Below, in pieces: positions 63,783 to 64,000 of a stretch of 64,000 nucleotides of DNA. Position 1 is the first letter of the stretch. Each line of letters opens with the position of its first letter. The translations under genes and the position numbers were made by a program. This DNA is from Alphaproteobacteria bacterium (GTDB taxonomy: Bacteria; Pseudomonadota; Alphaproteobacteria; UBA828). The DNA is taken from contig CAXXVO010000007.1 of NCBI GenBank assembly GCA_963422645.2, positions 512,001 to 576,000 on the forward strand, in the 5' to 3' direction. The notes below the pieces were generated by a model. It saw only the letters and a list, made by a program, of their open reading frames with translations. It made no database searches and had not been told where the DNA came from.

Positions 63783-64000
63783 TCAGCGGTAAGCGATCGG
63801 CGTCGTCTGGCCTTGGATCGCCTTCTCCGCCGCCTCAATCATGCAGAGCGCGTCGCGCGCGTCCGCGAGGGTGGAGAGCGGCGGCTCTCCCCCCGCGCCG
63901 AGGCACTTGCGAGCGAGATGTTCGTACAGGTGCCGGAAGCTCTCGTGGTAGCCGGCGCGGTCCCAGCCCGTCAGCGGCGCATCGCGGAAGTCGACGTCGC
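63783..64000 (-). CDS. C-terminus of a probable Gfo/Idh/MocA oxidoreductase (partial)
   Basis: ...PPLSTLADARDALCMIEAAEKA...* resembles the family's C-terminal helix. Confidence 0.45.
   Translation of the reverse strand, partial: DVDFRDAPLTGWDRAGYHESFRHLYEHLARKCLGAGGEPPLSTLADARDALCMIEAAEKAIQGQTTPIAYR

Overview
GC-rich bacterial chromosomal window, probably proteobacterial. About half of it is two insertion-sequence pile-ups (3.1-19.6 kb and 43.1-56.7 kb). These flank a ~23 kb catabolic region (19.8-43.1 kb) with three sugar-type ABC importers, an amidase, two PuuE/PgdA-like deacetylases, two IPNS-family 2OG-Fe(II) oxygenases, a dihaem cytochrome c, a C45 Ntn-hydrolase, an isochorismatase with an in-frame amber codon and a damaged tRNA-Ser. 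The left end has livG/livF-like genes and a cupin gene. The right end has mocD/mocE-like genes, a PhyH dioxygenase and a fourth ABC importer. Main observations: (1) two apparently identical IS1111-type (IS110 family) elements sit in both terminal inverted repeats of one IS3 element, which itself lies in an IS21 left end with a 3-bp TSD, and their 3' non-coding region carries guide-like matches to the IS3 tip and to their own circle junction; (2) an IS66/ISBst12-type element carries a translationally coupled Dam-like methyltransferase passenger (two copies); (3) a head-to-tail IS66 dimer has an 8-bp junction spacer; (4) a four-gene Zn-finger / DDE integrase / ExeA-like ATPase / RecA-like ATPase transposon occurs twice. 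Coordinates were read by eye and no database searches were run.
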